A stretch of 64,000 bases of DNA from Cirrosporium novae-zelandiae. Lineage: Eukaryota. This document shows, one piece after another, positions 15,908 through 28,097 of the stretch. The stretch is taken from positions 930,001-994,000 of the forward strand of contig JAPETS010000004.1 in the NCBI GenBank assembly GCA_026023565.1, written 5' to 3'. The notes below the pieces were generated by a model. The model was not told where the DNA came from, did no database searches, and saw only the letters and a list, made by a program, of their open reading frames with translations. A program made the translations under genes and the position numbers. Within the stretch, counting starts at the first letter, position 1; every line of letters begins with the position of its first letter.

Positions 15908-18395
15908 TTAAAGGGAGTCTGGAAGATTAATATCGAAAGGGTCTGGATATAGGTCCAACACGCTGGAATCTCGGGCGTCCGCTTCCCAAGCATGCTTTTG
16001 AGAGATATTTAGCAAGGTGAGACTGTAGCCTTTGAGGTGGCAAAACTTACCCAGTCAAAAATTTCGGAGAGTTGGAATGGATCACTTGAAGAATTCTCTG
16101 TAGCAATCCCATGCGGTTCTGCCTGATAAACCAATGAATTAATTGAGTTGGTATCTATGTTCATGGTTGATGCTGGATCGATGGGATGATTTTCAGACTT
16201 TGCCTGACCAAATTTGCGGAGTGTAGCCTCTAGTACATTGGAGACTCTCCTAACGTTAACGGAAGTACTTTGAACTTCTTTCCATATTTTATTTGAGTCG
16301 CTAAGAACGCAAAGTATCTTATCTCGAAGCTGGTCCTCATTACCATACCTTCCAACATCTTTTGCATCAAGTAGCGTTTCCTGGTGTAACTCTAGGCAGA
16401 GGATCATGGCCGCGAGGCTGAAATTGCTACTCGTGACAGGCACTTTATGCCATTTCTTATTCCTGAGACGCCCACCAATCTTCGATTCTTGGTGGAGATC
16501 GATTTGGTATGATAGCAAAGCTCTAGCAGAGTCAAGACATTTCTGGCGTGAGGTTGAAAAACATGGGTTCCTTCGGGCCGCTGATAGATATCTTCTATGA
16601 AGGATACACAGACCCTTGCGGTAAAGAAATTCTATTTGAGCTCTCTGCCAGATGATATAGATGGGATCTTCACTAGACTCTTCTAGTGATCGTGGCTGAA
16701 GATGCGGTGGAACCATAGAGTGCGCCTCTGTAAGCTCTCTGTCTAACTGAATGACACGGTCATAGTCTCCCGGTAACAATGAACTGATGTGCTCATCGAT
16801 ACTCGCAAGCACTCGAAGAAGACGGTTCTTAGCTATGAGATAACTAACGGCAGTTGGTTCAGATACGGGTCGAGGTTTAGGTAGCTCAACCATGTCTTCA
16901 CTGAGATCCGAATCCATGAGGTTGTGTGGGGTTAGAGTATCTGAATATACCAACCGAACCATGTTTGGGAGACCGACTTGATACGAGTAGAGTGAATCTA
17001 GCTGTGTGATGAATGCCCACGTCCGTCTTCTCATCTCACATTGGAATGGTGGAATCCGAGAATATTGGGCACCGTCTCGGTGGTACCCCATCCTCATTGC
17101 TACTCGTACCATCACCCCAATCGTCATCCAGAAGGCGACGTCCTTGTTCTTTTCCCCCTCAACCTCTACAAGTTCATGGAAAACCATAGTCTCAACCGTA
17201 TAGGGCGCGGATTTAGTAATGTCTGCTAGTGCCATGCACTGACCGCATCGCATATGGAAAATGTCGGCTAGACTTTGAGATATGCCTAGATGTGGAGGTT
17301 GCTCACCTTCATCATCATTCAGGTATGACCGCACGCCTAAGCAGAGAACCGAAAATAACAACCCTAGCCACATGACACTTGAATCCGACGGGTTGATCCA
17401 GTGTTTCAAGCACTGTATTTGGTTATTACAAAGTAAGGCAAAAAGATACTATTACACATGTGAACCATACCTGCTTCGTGAATGTAGCTCGGTGAAGTAT
17501 CACTAAATTTGATCAACGATATATTCAAATCAAGCCGCGCCAGACAGCAGATCTTACCCGTTGCTGGTATAGCCGGATCATACCAGTCAAAAAATCTTGA
17601 AACAAGGTTTTCTACAGTAGACCTTGGTGGAACACACGCTAATAATTCCGTCTTGTTGGGCTGCTTAGGAATTGAGCATAGTGCTGGATGTATCATTTTC
17701 ATCACTTCTGCACTAGACTCGTTTTCGGACTGTTCCTCAACCTCCTCTTGAAACATACTCCAAGTATCTTTTAACGCAGATAACTAAAAAACATTAGTAT
17801 ATTTTGATTGAAGAAGTTATACAATCTATTTTCTATTAGTGGTCAAATATAGAAGAAAGAAGTATACCTCCTGCATAACGTCTGCCCAATGTGTGCTTCC
17901 TGTGTATGAGGAATGATTTTCGTCTATTTTCATTACGCCGAGCTGTCTCTCTGTCTCAGGAATATTTTTTTCGTAGTCCGCTTCAACCATTGTATTGTGA
18001 TTCTTCCCTAATAACCGCGCATCAGACTTATTTCCAGACATCAGATTGGCAACGACATTCTCAAGTTGATCGATCTGTTGTTGCATAGAAATAAACTTCT
18101 GTCTCTGTTGGAGAGAGGATCCATTGCCACGAGAAGTAGAGGCTTCGGATTTAGCGAAGGAGCATGATGAACTTTCGTTTCTTGTGATGCAATTTTGACA
18201 TGGCTGTTCACGATTACACTTCAATCTTTGGTTTCGATATCAGTTTTAAGCACCATAAAATATGTACGTGATATAGACAGCTAACTTTCTAGTGCGGCAT
18301 GAGGAACATGACAACGGAACACGATTTCTTTTTTGGCTTCGACGTTGTGGGTGTGGTGTAGCGGCAGTAAATCCAGAGGTTAGACGAGATGCCAT
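15908..18395 (-). CDS. Zn(II)2Cys6 transcription factor with fungal-specific TF (middle homology) domain, multi-exon
   Basis: RNRVPLSCSSCRTRK|LKCNREQPCQNCITRNESSSC, YTGSTHW, AMRMGYHRD and EMRRRTW. The last exon is HAWEADA...LPDSL*. Confidence 0.9.
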
Positions 18396-19971
18396 CTTAG
18401 ATCTAGAGGTCAATATTAGTACGTGAAGATATCCTAATACGGTAGCCAAGTATTTGTGATATGGTTTACGCGCATTACTTGCATAGTCTATGGGACTATG
18501 ATAGGGCCGGCGAAAAATGACGTAATCTTCAAGGTATCACACTACGGGCTTAAATAAATCCGACAAACCCGCTAAGAATGAAAGAAGCTTGATTTATAAT
18601 ATCAATGGAGTTGGGCCCGGTACTACTACCAACAATATCCTCCTCCATCTCTGCCATGAGCCTCACATTGGCCTCCCCTAGGTCTCTTTATTAAAACCTA
18701 GATCCACAAATTCTTCCCGTAGACGAGGAGACGGAGAAAGAGATTCACGTTGGTAGGAGGCGAAGGAATCTTCTTTGGAAGGCCGTCGTACTAGAGGACC
18801 TTGTGTATTTCATGATGTCAGTGACAGTAGGCTGTTATTGTCAAGGCCAGAGCCATTTGTTCCCTTGAAATAATCCTATTCCTTGGATGCATCTATTTGA
18901 ACTTGACTCTTCGGCCATTCCAATGGTCTAAAATGGGGTTTAGAGACTGGAACCTCGATTTAGATGATATAAACAAAGCTGCACAAATAAATCGCTTTAC
19001 ATTTATAGCACTAGATATTATAAGGGAAGAAAGTTAAAGAATGACCTCTATTTAGCAAGTCGGCTGCATATGAGCAACGAGACTGAGAGGCTGATGGGTA
19101 ACCCAAGAACTTGGCAAAAACGGGTCGGCCCGTGAGTAGTGTGCCTCAAGAGCCAATCAATAGCCCCCGGGAGTTATTTAAAGTGGAAATAGTGCACAGT
19201 AGCGCTCTCAACTTTATACTTTATTTAAGGACGTCGCTACTAGTCGCTACCGACTGTCGAAGCGGCTGCAAAGGATTAAGTACCTACCTAGCTAGGTAGT
19301 TAGGTACTCAGAAAATGCAGAATTCTATCATTATATAGCCTCTCCCTATTATTTTAGAGTACTACAAGATAAAAGGTAGGTTGGTCCCAGTCCAAGTTTG
19401 ACGTGCTAAAGAATAAAGATTTTTCCAATAGATACTATGAGAAGAGCAATTAGTGGGTATTGTAATGTACACTACCTAGGTAATATTCGAACCTACAGAG
19501 CCACAAGTTGAGAGAAGGAGAAAAATTGTTTATAATACATAACGGTTAAACGTCGGACTAGCGTTATCTAAGCTTTGTTAATCAGATAGACAAATAACCC
19601 GTTACGTGAAACATTCATTATCCAAGCCTTTCAGTGGATGGCCGACCATGTTTAAAATATGCTACTGTCTGATAATTTAACCAAATCAGTCACTAAACCC
19701 TGGATTTGATATGTTGCATAATGAATGCATCTATCTCCAACACCCACGTATATATTGTGTTCCATTTGTAAAGGATTCTTGCATAAAATTAACGGCGGTG
19801 AAGGTTGAAAATGTTGAAGGAGCACACTAAGGACGCCTCACGGATATCTTCCTGCGTAACTCCGCAACAATCCTCACAAGCCCCGCAGTCCCAACTCTAC
19901 TAATAGTAATTCCTTCCCATATTAATACCAGTTTGAATCTTCGCTTCAGTGTACTGCACTTCAACTTCATC

Positions 19972-21209
19972 ATGTCTTTGGTGTCTCCATCTCTTGCCCA
20001 TAGCATACCTGGCAAACAGGACCTTTTCAATCCCTTAGCACACGATCCTGTCAACATCAGCCTTCCGTCCGATATTCCTATTGCCGAACTGCAAACAATT
20101 GATTTCGGTCGCTTACATGCCGGAGACAAAGCTGAAGGAGCGAGGTTGTTGGATGCCTGCAAAAGCTTTGGTTTCTTCTACCTGGCCCTTCCTCAGGATG
20201 AGAAAACTCAAACGATGATCCAACAGATGTATAGCTTGATAAAGGGAGTACACAATCTTGAGGATGAGGAGAAGATGAGATACGATGTGGATAAGCTGAG
20301 TAAAATGAAGTTGAATGGGTCCGTATTCCATGCTAAAATATCCATACAAATGATTTGACTCCTGTGAAAGTTACAAGCCGGTAGGTCGCAACTTTGGAGG
20401 TCTTCAAGGGAATCGTGATGGGTTTGAGACCTGGGGGGTAAGTATTGCCTATCATTTGTGATTTCCAGAACTTAGTTTAGCTTACATGTTGTCCTGTTCT
20501 TTGTTATTAGATTCCAAAAAATGGAGTTATGGGTTTTGATGGCCCCGATGGTGCCTCATTTGCAAGGCCCCCTATCATCGACCAGTACATGGAGACCCTC
20601 AAAGCATTCGCCAACACTGTACATGCTGCAGCACATGCAATCTTCGGCAGTTTATCCGAATCCCTTAACCTGCCCCAAGGCGAGGGCTTCGAAGACTACC
20701 ATCGCACCAATATGCCCTCCCCCGACATTATCCGACTCCTAAAATATCACCCCCAACCCATTGAAGAGCGTGGAGTTGTTCACACACCACACACGGATCT
20801 TGGAAGCCTGACATTCCTCTTCACCGAGCAGCCTGGTCTTCAGGTGCTTAGTCCTGGTGCCGATGAATGGAAATATGTAGCTCCGCGACCGGGCCACGCT
20901 ATCATCAACCTGGGTGACATGATGGGTAGATTGACCAACAAATATTTCCACTCCTGCTTGCACCGTGTGGTACCGCTACCCAACAAAGCAATGGAGATGA
21001 GATATTCTTTCGCGTACCTCATGCGAGCTGAAGATTGGACACCGATGAAGGGGTTGAAGAGCGACTTAATATCAGCCGATGACCCCAATAACGAAATCAT
21101 CACAAGTGGTCAATGGCTGCAGCGCAAATTTGGAATGTTGAGGTTGGACACTCATAAAAAAGGTGATGACTGGGTCCTTACCGGCCAGAAAAATGCTCTT
21201 CCACAATGA
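19972..21209 (+). CDS. 2-oxoglutarate/Fe(II)-dependent dioxygenase (IPNS/DIOX-like; 3 exons)
   Basis: DIOX_N-like IDFGRL...ACKSFGFFYL, HxD motif HTDLGSLT, distal His in LHRVV, RxS motif RYSFAY. Confidence 0.9.
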
Positions 21210-22304
21210 TCGATGAGCCGAGAACCCTTGTAGAATAAAGACCCTAATTAGAAAAAACAGAAGATAGAGTAACTTATAGATGGGATGGTTGCTTGGGTCT
21301 TTATAAGGCCGGCGCTAAGGACAGGATGGCAAGGCCTGTTGAGTTAATTAATGGCAGCTAAGAAACAACAACACGTTAGGCATGCAATATTTATCTACTT
21401 AGGTCTTTAAGACCCATCTAAATTCTTTAGATTCTAATATCCAAGGGAGATGTTGAACCTCTTAAGCCTAGCCCTAAATAATCTCGCATATTTATTTATT
21501 TTTGCTTCTAGAGAAAAAAAAAGGACTATCTAATCCGTTCTTCCTTTAATTAAGTCATTGAACAGTGCCTTTAAAAATTAGACACTTGCTTTATTCCTCT
21601 CAAGAGTCTACACTCGATTTAATATATTTCAATAGTTCCTCAGGTGCCCCCCACAGGCACCATCATCATCATAATCATTATTATTATAATTATCAAAATG
21701 TATATACTTAGGTAGGTATATATCCCCTCCCTCCTCTGTCGAGGAGGATATTGCCGCCCTCTTGTTCTTTGATTATTAATTTATTATAATTCACGAGGCT
21801 GCTAAGCCGTCGACTTGTAAGTAAAGGTTCTGAGCTCTATGGCATACAGGCTAGGTTAGGGTGCGTTTTGATGGTATATATGTGGATGGAATTCTAGGTT
21901 TGTCTGTCTGGGAATTTGTAGGTATTAGGGAATGATTGTGGTTATATATGTACTGTATATTGAAGAAAGGGAAAGGAAAGGGGAAGTGGGGTTGGGAGAT
22001 GTGGGAATATATATATGGATATATGTGGATTTGGATTTGGAAGCAGTCGTAGGAATTAATCATGCCCTAAGATAGCTAACCCGCTAATCGATTTTGAGAA
22101 ATGGTAATTATGAAAAAATAAATAAAGGAAAGAGCATGGACCAGGATTCCTAGAATCATTAATAGAATATATGATAGAGTCAGGGTCAATTATCTTCCGA
22201 AGAAAAATGCCTAATTAACATTACATTTCATTGATCAAACTAGTCTTAGCAAGTAAACATAATGTGCTTTAAATTTCATGAGCAAAATTCTCGTGCGTAT
22301 AGAG

Positions 22305-23760
22305 TCAAGGGGTTGGCATGACCGTAAAAGTTCCCTGCGGTTTAAACAGCAGCTCATCTTTGAGGTATAAGCTCCAGGGATCAATGTATTCACGAAACTC
22401 TGGACTTGTGCGAAGGTTGAACACCTGAATGATCACATACACGTGCTCTGGCCTGGTGGAATCATGTGGAATGGTCCATTTCCTAGCCTGGAGAGCCAGA
22501 TTAAGAGGATTAATTAGCAAGATGTTGTATAGCTAAGGTGTGCCTGAAAAGAGGGAAACCAGTGTCTTACCAGCTGTTGTTGATTGTAGCTCATAAAAAA
22601 TGGCTCCATATGATCGCCCAGAGTAGCCTTGACTTCGAGGTGATATGTTGGGGGGCTCTCGAGCCAGCCCACAGCACGCTGATCCCTCGATCAAGAAAAA
22701 ATCGAGTCAAGCTGCCATCTAAACTGTCATTATAGGTGAAGTCGGAGAAATCTCCTTGCCTGCCAATGAACCGGGACAGTCCGGCATTCTCTCGAAGCTT
22801 GCTCGTCCAATGAACCTCTGTGAAGGTGCCTCGAAGTAAGGAGTTCAAATACTCGAATATCTATATAAGAATGACTAGACTCGATAAAAAACGAAATATG
22901 TATGATTAGAGCCTTACAAAGAATTCTCCGTCAAACCCCACTCCTTTATCAAATCTCCAGTTTCGCCCATTTCGAATGGTCGTGGGATTATGTACACTAG
23001 AGGGTCTTTGCTCTAGTGCTTTTGAAGCAGAAGTCGAGCAGCCCGCTGTAGTTGGAGCTGGACCGGGGGATAGAGAGTCACGAAGGGAGTTCATGCTAAA
23101 TACGTCCTCATTGAGGCTAGTCTTAAACATGCCCTCGTCAACGACATCCACAGGACTAAGAGCCCTATCTTGAATGAGTATAGATTCATTTTCATCGCTA
23201 TCGAATAACTTGGTGCATTCAACAACATCGTCCATGCTATGCGCACTAATCGCCGAGAAGTTCATAACTTCCTGTCGATGTTTAACAGGTCTGGATATTT
23301 CTTGCTCCTTCCGACCAATTAATAGACTATTCACCGAAGCTTTAGTAGAGGACGAAGACGCCAATAGAAAACTAGCTAGTATCTTTTGAATCGCATTTAT
23401 GGATGTCGATACACGCCTAATATTACGGTGATGATAAGGAGTATCCCGAGGCGGTTTCGCTACGGATGGTCCTAAGCCTATTCGATTTCAAGTCACTTTA
23501 GCATCACAGTTGCGGTTCCTGCCTTTGCTTGGAAAATATTTTCTGTCAGTTAATTCCAATTGGATAGAAACATCATCAGAATCCTCGTCTAAAAAATAGG
23601 ACCGAGGCGGGTTCTTGTTGCCTATATCCTTGATATCATATTTCTTCTTCCTCTTCTTCTTCTGTTTCTCGAGTTCATTGCGACAGGCCAACTTAAAATG
23701 ATCGAATGGTGTTTCCATGACGGACTTCAGAGGGATTTGCAACAATAATAAAGGGACTCT
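22305..23760 (-). pseudogene. Pseudogene fragment with a C-terminal PD-(D/E)xK-like (DUF3883/NOV_C-type) domain
   Basis: In-frame TGA at 23488-23490 and a 1-nt frameshift near 22680. The repaired translation gives GFDGEFF|IFEYL..HWTS..SDFTY..PPTYHLEVKATLG..PFFMSYNQ|..YVIIQVFNL..YIDP. Intact introns at 22861-22917 and 22488-22570. Confidence 0.7.
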
Positions 23761-24710
23761 TCTTTGAGTGCTAATTGTTTATGATATTATAGAAAGTCAG
23801 GGCCGTTAACGATTCTCCACCGCACATTTGCCCCAAATAGGTGTTGTTGTCGCATCAAGAAATAACGGATAGAACCAATATTATGCCTTGCTCCATATTA
23901 TACCTTGTCCCATAGAGGTGCATGCGACTAAGACATTGGTTATAGCAGCATTGACGCTAATGTGAAATATTAGTTTATATAAGGTACACTTATCTCTAGG
24001 TAAGTATCACCTCGTAACTCTTTATATACTATTTCGGGTGAAAAGAATAAGAAAAAAATCTCATCAACTTGGCCCATTGGAGAAGTCGAATGAAGCTTCA
24101 TAAACATACAGCAGGGTTTTTACTTAAAATGGCCAACGAAACCAGACATAGAGGAATCATGAGGGGAGTTAATGACACTTCGAAAATATTATGAACACAT
24201 TATGTATATAGTAACAAGGGAACAGCAAAATTTAGAACCTGTATCAATATGATTCCTAATGGTTTGGGATAAATGGTAAGAAGAGTATAGGTAGGAAGAA
24301 ATGACAACCATTGGTTAGAATACATTAATCCATGCACATCCTTCGTCGTTCCTTCAGCCTCTATGGAATTCTTGATCAGCGGTAATAATTTTGGGCGCTA
24401 AATATTTTCGAAGTGATTTGTGGCCTGAGGCATAGAAATTAAAGCTGACTAGTCGCTGTGTTGCTTCTTGGCATTCGAAAGTTCCTTTCTTTCCAAGAAA
24501 GGTATCGAGCTATAGCACTGTAGTAACTTATCTACGAACCACAAGGGTGAACAGTTGTAGCATTACAAGGCCCTCATATTCCCACAGTTGCAGAAGGAGC
24601 TTTCAATGCATGAAATGAATTACTCTAATATAAATACTCAACCAAATTCACCAAGAAGCCTTTAACACATACTCTAAAATGCAACAGATGGATTTGACGC
24701 TTTGATATCT

Positions 24711-25793
24711 ATGCGATTTCTTTTCCAAAACATCCTAAGTTTCATCGCTAAGCCAGCTAGGAAGCCAAGATACTCCCTCCCTTCCTCTTCTCTCCGGCAA
24801 TCCCACCTCTTTACCTATCGCTCAAATCAGCTAAGCCCCACTACAAAGCCAATCATGCCTGCCGACCGTTCTCCCGTCCTTCTCCTCCTAGACTTTGACT
24901 CTACTCTCACAACTAGAGACACAACCAGCATTCTCGCGTCCCTCGGTTACCAAACTCGCCATACCCCTCCTCTTCCCTCATGGCCCTTCTTCGTTAGCAC
25001 GTATCGTGCCTCCTTCGAATCGCACTTGGGATCATACAAACCTACTTCCATTGACCGCACTACTCTTGCTACCGAGGTAGAATGGCAGGAAAGCCTCCAG
25101 GGCGTGGAGAGAGAAAGTATAAGTCGTGTGGAGCAGGCCGGTGTGTTCAAGGGCTTGACGAGAGCCGACATTATGCTAGGAGCGCATGAGGCAGTGAACT
25201 CTGGAGACCATGTTAAGATGAGGGAGGGGTGGATTGATCTTGTGCTGAGAGTACAGAGAGCCGGGAAGACAAAGGTTGTTAGTGTCAATTGGAGCAAACT
25301 CTGGGTGCATCAATGCTTGTGGAACTCAGACTGTGAAGATGAGGGATTAGGCATAATTAGAGAAGAGGATATCTATGCTAATGAGCTGGAGGGTTTAGAT
25401 GCGGCGGAAGGAAGTACGGGGAAGATATTAGCAAGCATCGTCACGGGTAGCGACAAAGCCCGGAAAATCAAAGAAATCGTCAACAGTGAGGAGCAAGGGA
25501 AGAGGAGCTTTACGACGGTCTACATTGGCGACAGCCCCACCGACCTCGAAGCTCTTTCTTGCGTGGACGTAGGCATCTGGATGGTTGGAGACGAGAACGA
25601 GCGCAAGCGCAAGAAGAACGCAGCCGCAGAGCTGACGAGAAGAATCGGCTGGGACTATAAGCCCATCAAAAAGTTTGACTGGGGTTATCTGAAGGCTACA
25701 AGGGAGCACTGGAAGACATTATGGTGGGCGAGGAATTTCACAGATGTGGTCGAAAGTCGTTTGGAGGAAGCGTTCCGTGAGGGGGAGCCATAA
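24711..25793 (+). CDS. HAD-superfamily hydrolase (Cto1/YCR015C-like)
   Basis: Motif I LLLDFDSTLT, VVSVNWS, ANEL, motif IV YIGDSPTDL. An alternative ATG lies at 24855. Confidence 0.8.
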   Translation: MRFLFQNILSFIAKPARKPRYSLPSSSLRQSHLFTYRSNQLSPTTKPIMPADRSPVLLLLDFDSTLTTRDTTSILASLGYQTRHTPPLPSWPFFVSTYRASFESHLGSYKPTSIDRTTLATEVEWQESLQGVERESISRVEQAGVFKGLTRADIMLGAHEAVNSGDHVKMREGWIDLVLRVQRAGKTKVVSVNWSKLWVHQCLWNSDCEDEGLGIIREEDIYANELEGLDAAEGSTGKILASIVTGSDKARKIKEIVNSEEQGKRSFTTVYIGDSPTDLEALSCVDVGIWMVGDENERKRKKNAAAELTRRIGWDYKPIKKFDWGYLKATREHWKTLWWARNFTDVVESRLEEAFREGEP

Positions 25794-26387
25794 AAGTTGC
25801 TATGGAAGTCGACAAATACTTCCGTAATATAGGCGCTGATAGTTGCTCGCTTTGCTAAACAAGTATCGAACCTAACCGGTTATGGGTTAGGTTAGTATAT
25901 ACTCAGTACTGTGTAATACCCCTCAGCGGGTTATAGCTTAAGAAATGTACATGTATAACAATAATACACCCCTTGCAGAATTGCTGACCGCATCTCATTG
26001 CTTATTATAAGTAAAAAGGCGACTAATTACTAGACTTGAAAGATGAAACCAACGTCCCCCACTCACCTCCATAGCCAAGCCAAGCCAAGCCCGTCTTCTT
26101 CTTCAACGTTACAGTACTGTACCTGGGGATCTACTGTACATTCATTAGGTTCCAGTTCCCCCACGCGTGTGTATATATATAAATCCTATAAATAAGTCTA
26201 GCCACCCAACCTCTTTACTCCCTCTCTTTTTACTACGATTCCTTTGTTTTATTTCCTATACAATATAATACAATACAAGTAGTTTGTGTAAATTTTGGAA
26301 CCCCCCCCCCCCCCATTTTGTCTTTTAGCGACGGACTTGAAGCTTGAATATATTTACGGCTATCTATATAAAAATTGGAATGGAATC

Positions 26388-26458
26388 ATTGTTGTTGTTG
26401 TTGTTGCTTCTAGTTGTTTTTTCAGCCTTGACTGCCTGCTCTATGTGGTTCCCCCCAA

Positions 26459-26484
<26 letters not shown>
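26388..26484. repeat. (TTG)n and (AG)n microsatellites
   Basis: Directly visible: ttgttgttg... at ~26388-26407 and agagag... at ~26459-26484. Confidence 0.9.
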
Positions 26485-26491
<7 letters not shown>

Positions 26492-28097
26492 TAATTTGAA
26501 ATGAAGAAGGTTGTTTATTCTTGATTAAGGTAGCTTGGTTGGTTGGTAAACGAAAGTAGTACATTTTGCTGGTATCCTTTTGCTTCCGGTGCCTTCTTAG
26601 GGGAGGGAAGAGGGGTCCTAAAAATCGTTTTCTGGTTCTGGTTCTTTGTCTACCTAGTTTGCCAGCCAGCGATAAAGAAAAAGTAAATGTGCAAGTTTCT
26701 CGAACAGTCGCGATTTTTTTTTCCCCTCTCCTCAACTTTTTCACTGTTATTGCAACTTTATGGGTTTGGATATCTGTTTTAACGATGAAATTCGATTATA
26801 TTTGCTCAACTCGAACTTTTGTTCTGTATCTTTATATGCGGAAGTCCTTTGGTTTTGCGTAAATACTGCGTATAGTTGGAACGCGGCTTCTTCTATTGTC
26901 TGTAGTTCTAATTCTAGTAAGGCTGTCCCTTTGAAAAGGGATAGTAGTGTTGGTGGGGTATTCTAGAAGAAAGATTTTTCTATACCTTTGGTGACTTTAC
27001 CTCGTCATAACTACGATTCTGGTATATTTGCTAGTGAAAAATGGATGATTCCACTTTTTATTTTTTTTCTTGGTTTATTTATGTTACTAGATACCAACTC
27101 CCTTTACGGTTGTCCTCTTTTGGCTCCCTTTCTACGTAACACGGAGGGCCCTATTGGTAACTGATATGTGGGACATAGCCCTGGGGGATACAAGTATCTC
27201 TGCACTAATTACCTTTTCGTTGAGCTAGCAACTCTCCCTCACTTTCTAATAATATTTCATCAATAACAATAATGAACGCACACCCATCTTTACCATCTTT
27301 AAGACAACGAACTTTTAACTCAGGGAAGGGACTCGCAGGCATGCAATTCCTTCTTAGAGAGTAAATAATATATATATATTGACATTTGTACAATGTAATA
27401 AGCTGTGGTGTAAATAATAAATAATATATGTAGTGGAAGTTAATAAGTTTGAATGTCTAGATAGATATAAAAAGAAGTTGAAAAATAGGAAGGCAAGGGA
27501 AAATGCTGATGAAATTGATGGAGAGAGAGAAAAAAAAAAGGGGGGGGGGGGGGCAGGTTGTGAGGTTTAAATAATCAATCCTCTAGAGAGAGCCTGAGAA
27601 GAGTGAGTGAATTGTCAAGAGTGAATATGAAAGGATTCAACTACCAACTTAATCTCATTTTAGCATTGAATGGTAAATTCATAACCCAACTACGTACGTC
27701 TGCAGGCCTCCCCAGAATTGAGTTACTGGATTCTGTTATTGCTGAAAAATCTCTACTGTAGGACATACTAGAGCAGTCACTATTTGGTTCCACCCCTAGG
27801 GCTTTGGGGTGGGTAGACAGAGCCTTTTAGAAATTCCAATCATTTTTCTCGTTCTTGAAATATCATTCTCATTAATCACTATACATCCCAGCTTAATTCA
27901 GTTCCAGTAGAGTAAAGGTATCTATATAACATCAACCTAAAACATAGCAAATCTCCAAATCTGCAGACAGAATAATCCTATAACCAAAGCAATCCCAATC
28001 CATTTTGTTTGAGGTCCTGTCATCAGCCTGCAAACGGCGCTGCAGCTGAGAAGGAGCCAGAAGAGTAGCATGTATGTTCCCTGTGCGCCAAGCCATG

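Noticed and set aside
19070..19140. Possible TPP riboswitch (CTGAGA...ACCC..GAAC)
   Set aside because: It lacks the P4/P5 conserved segment and pairing, and is not in an intron of a thiamine gene.
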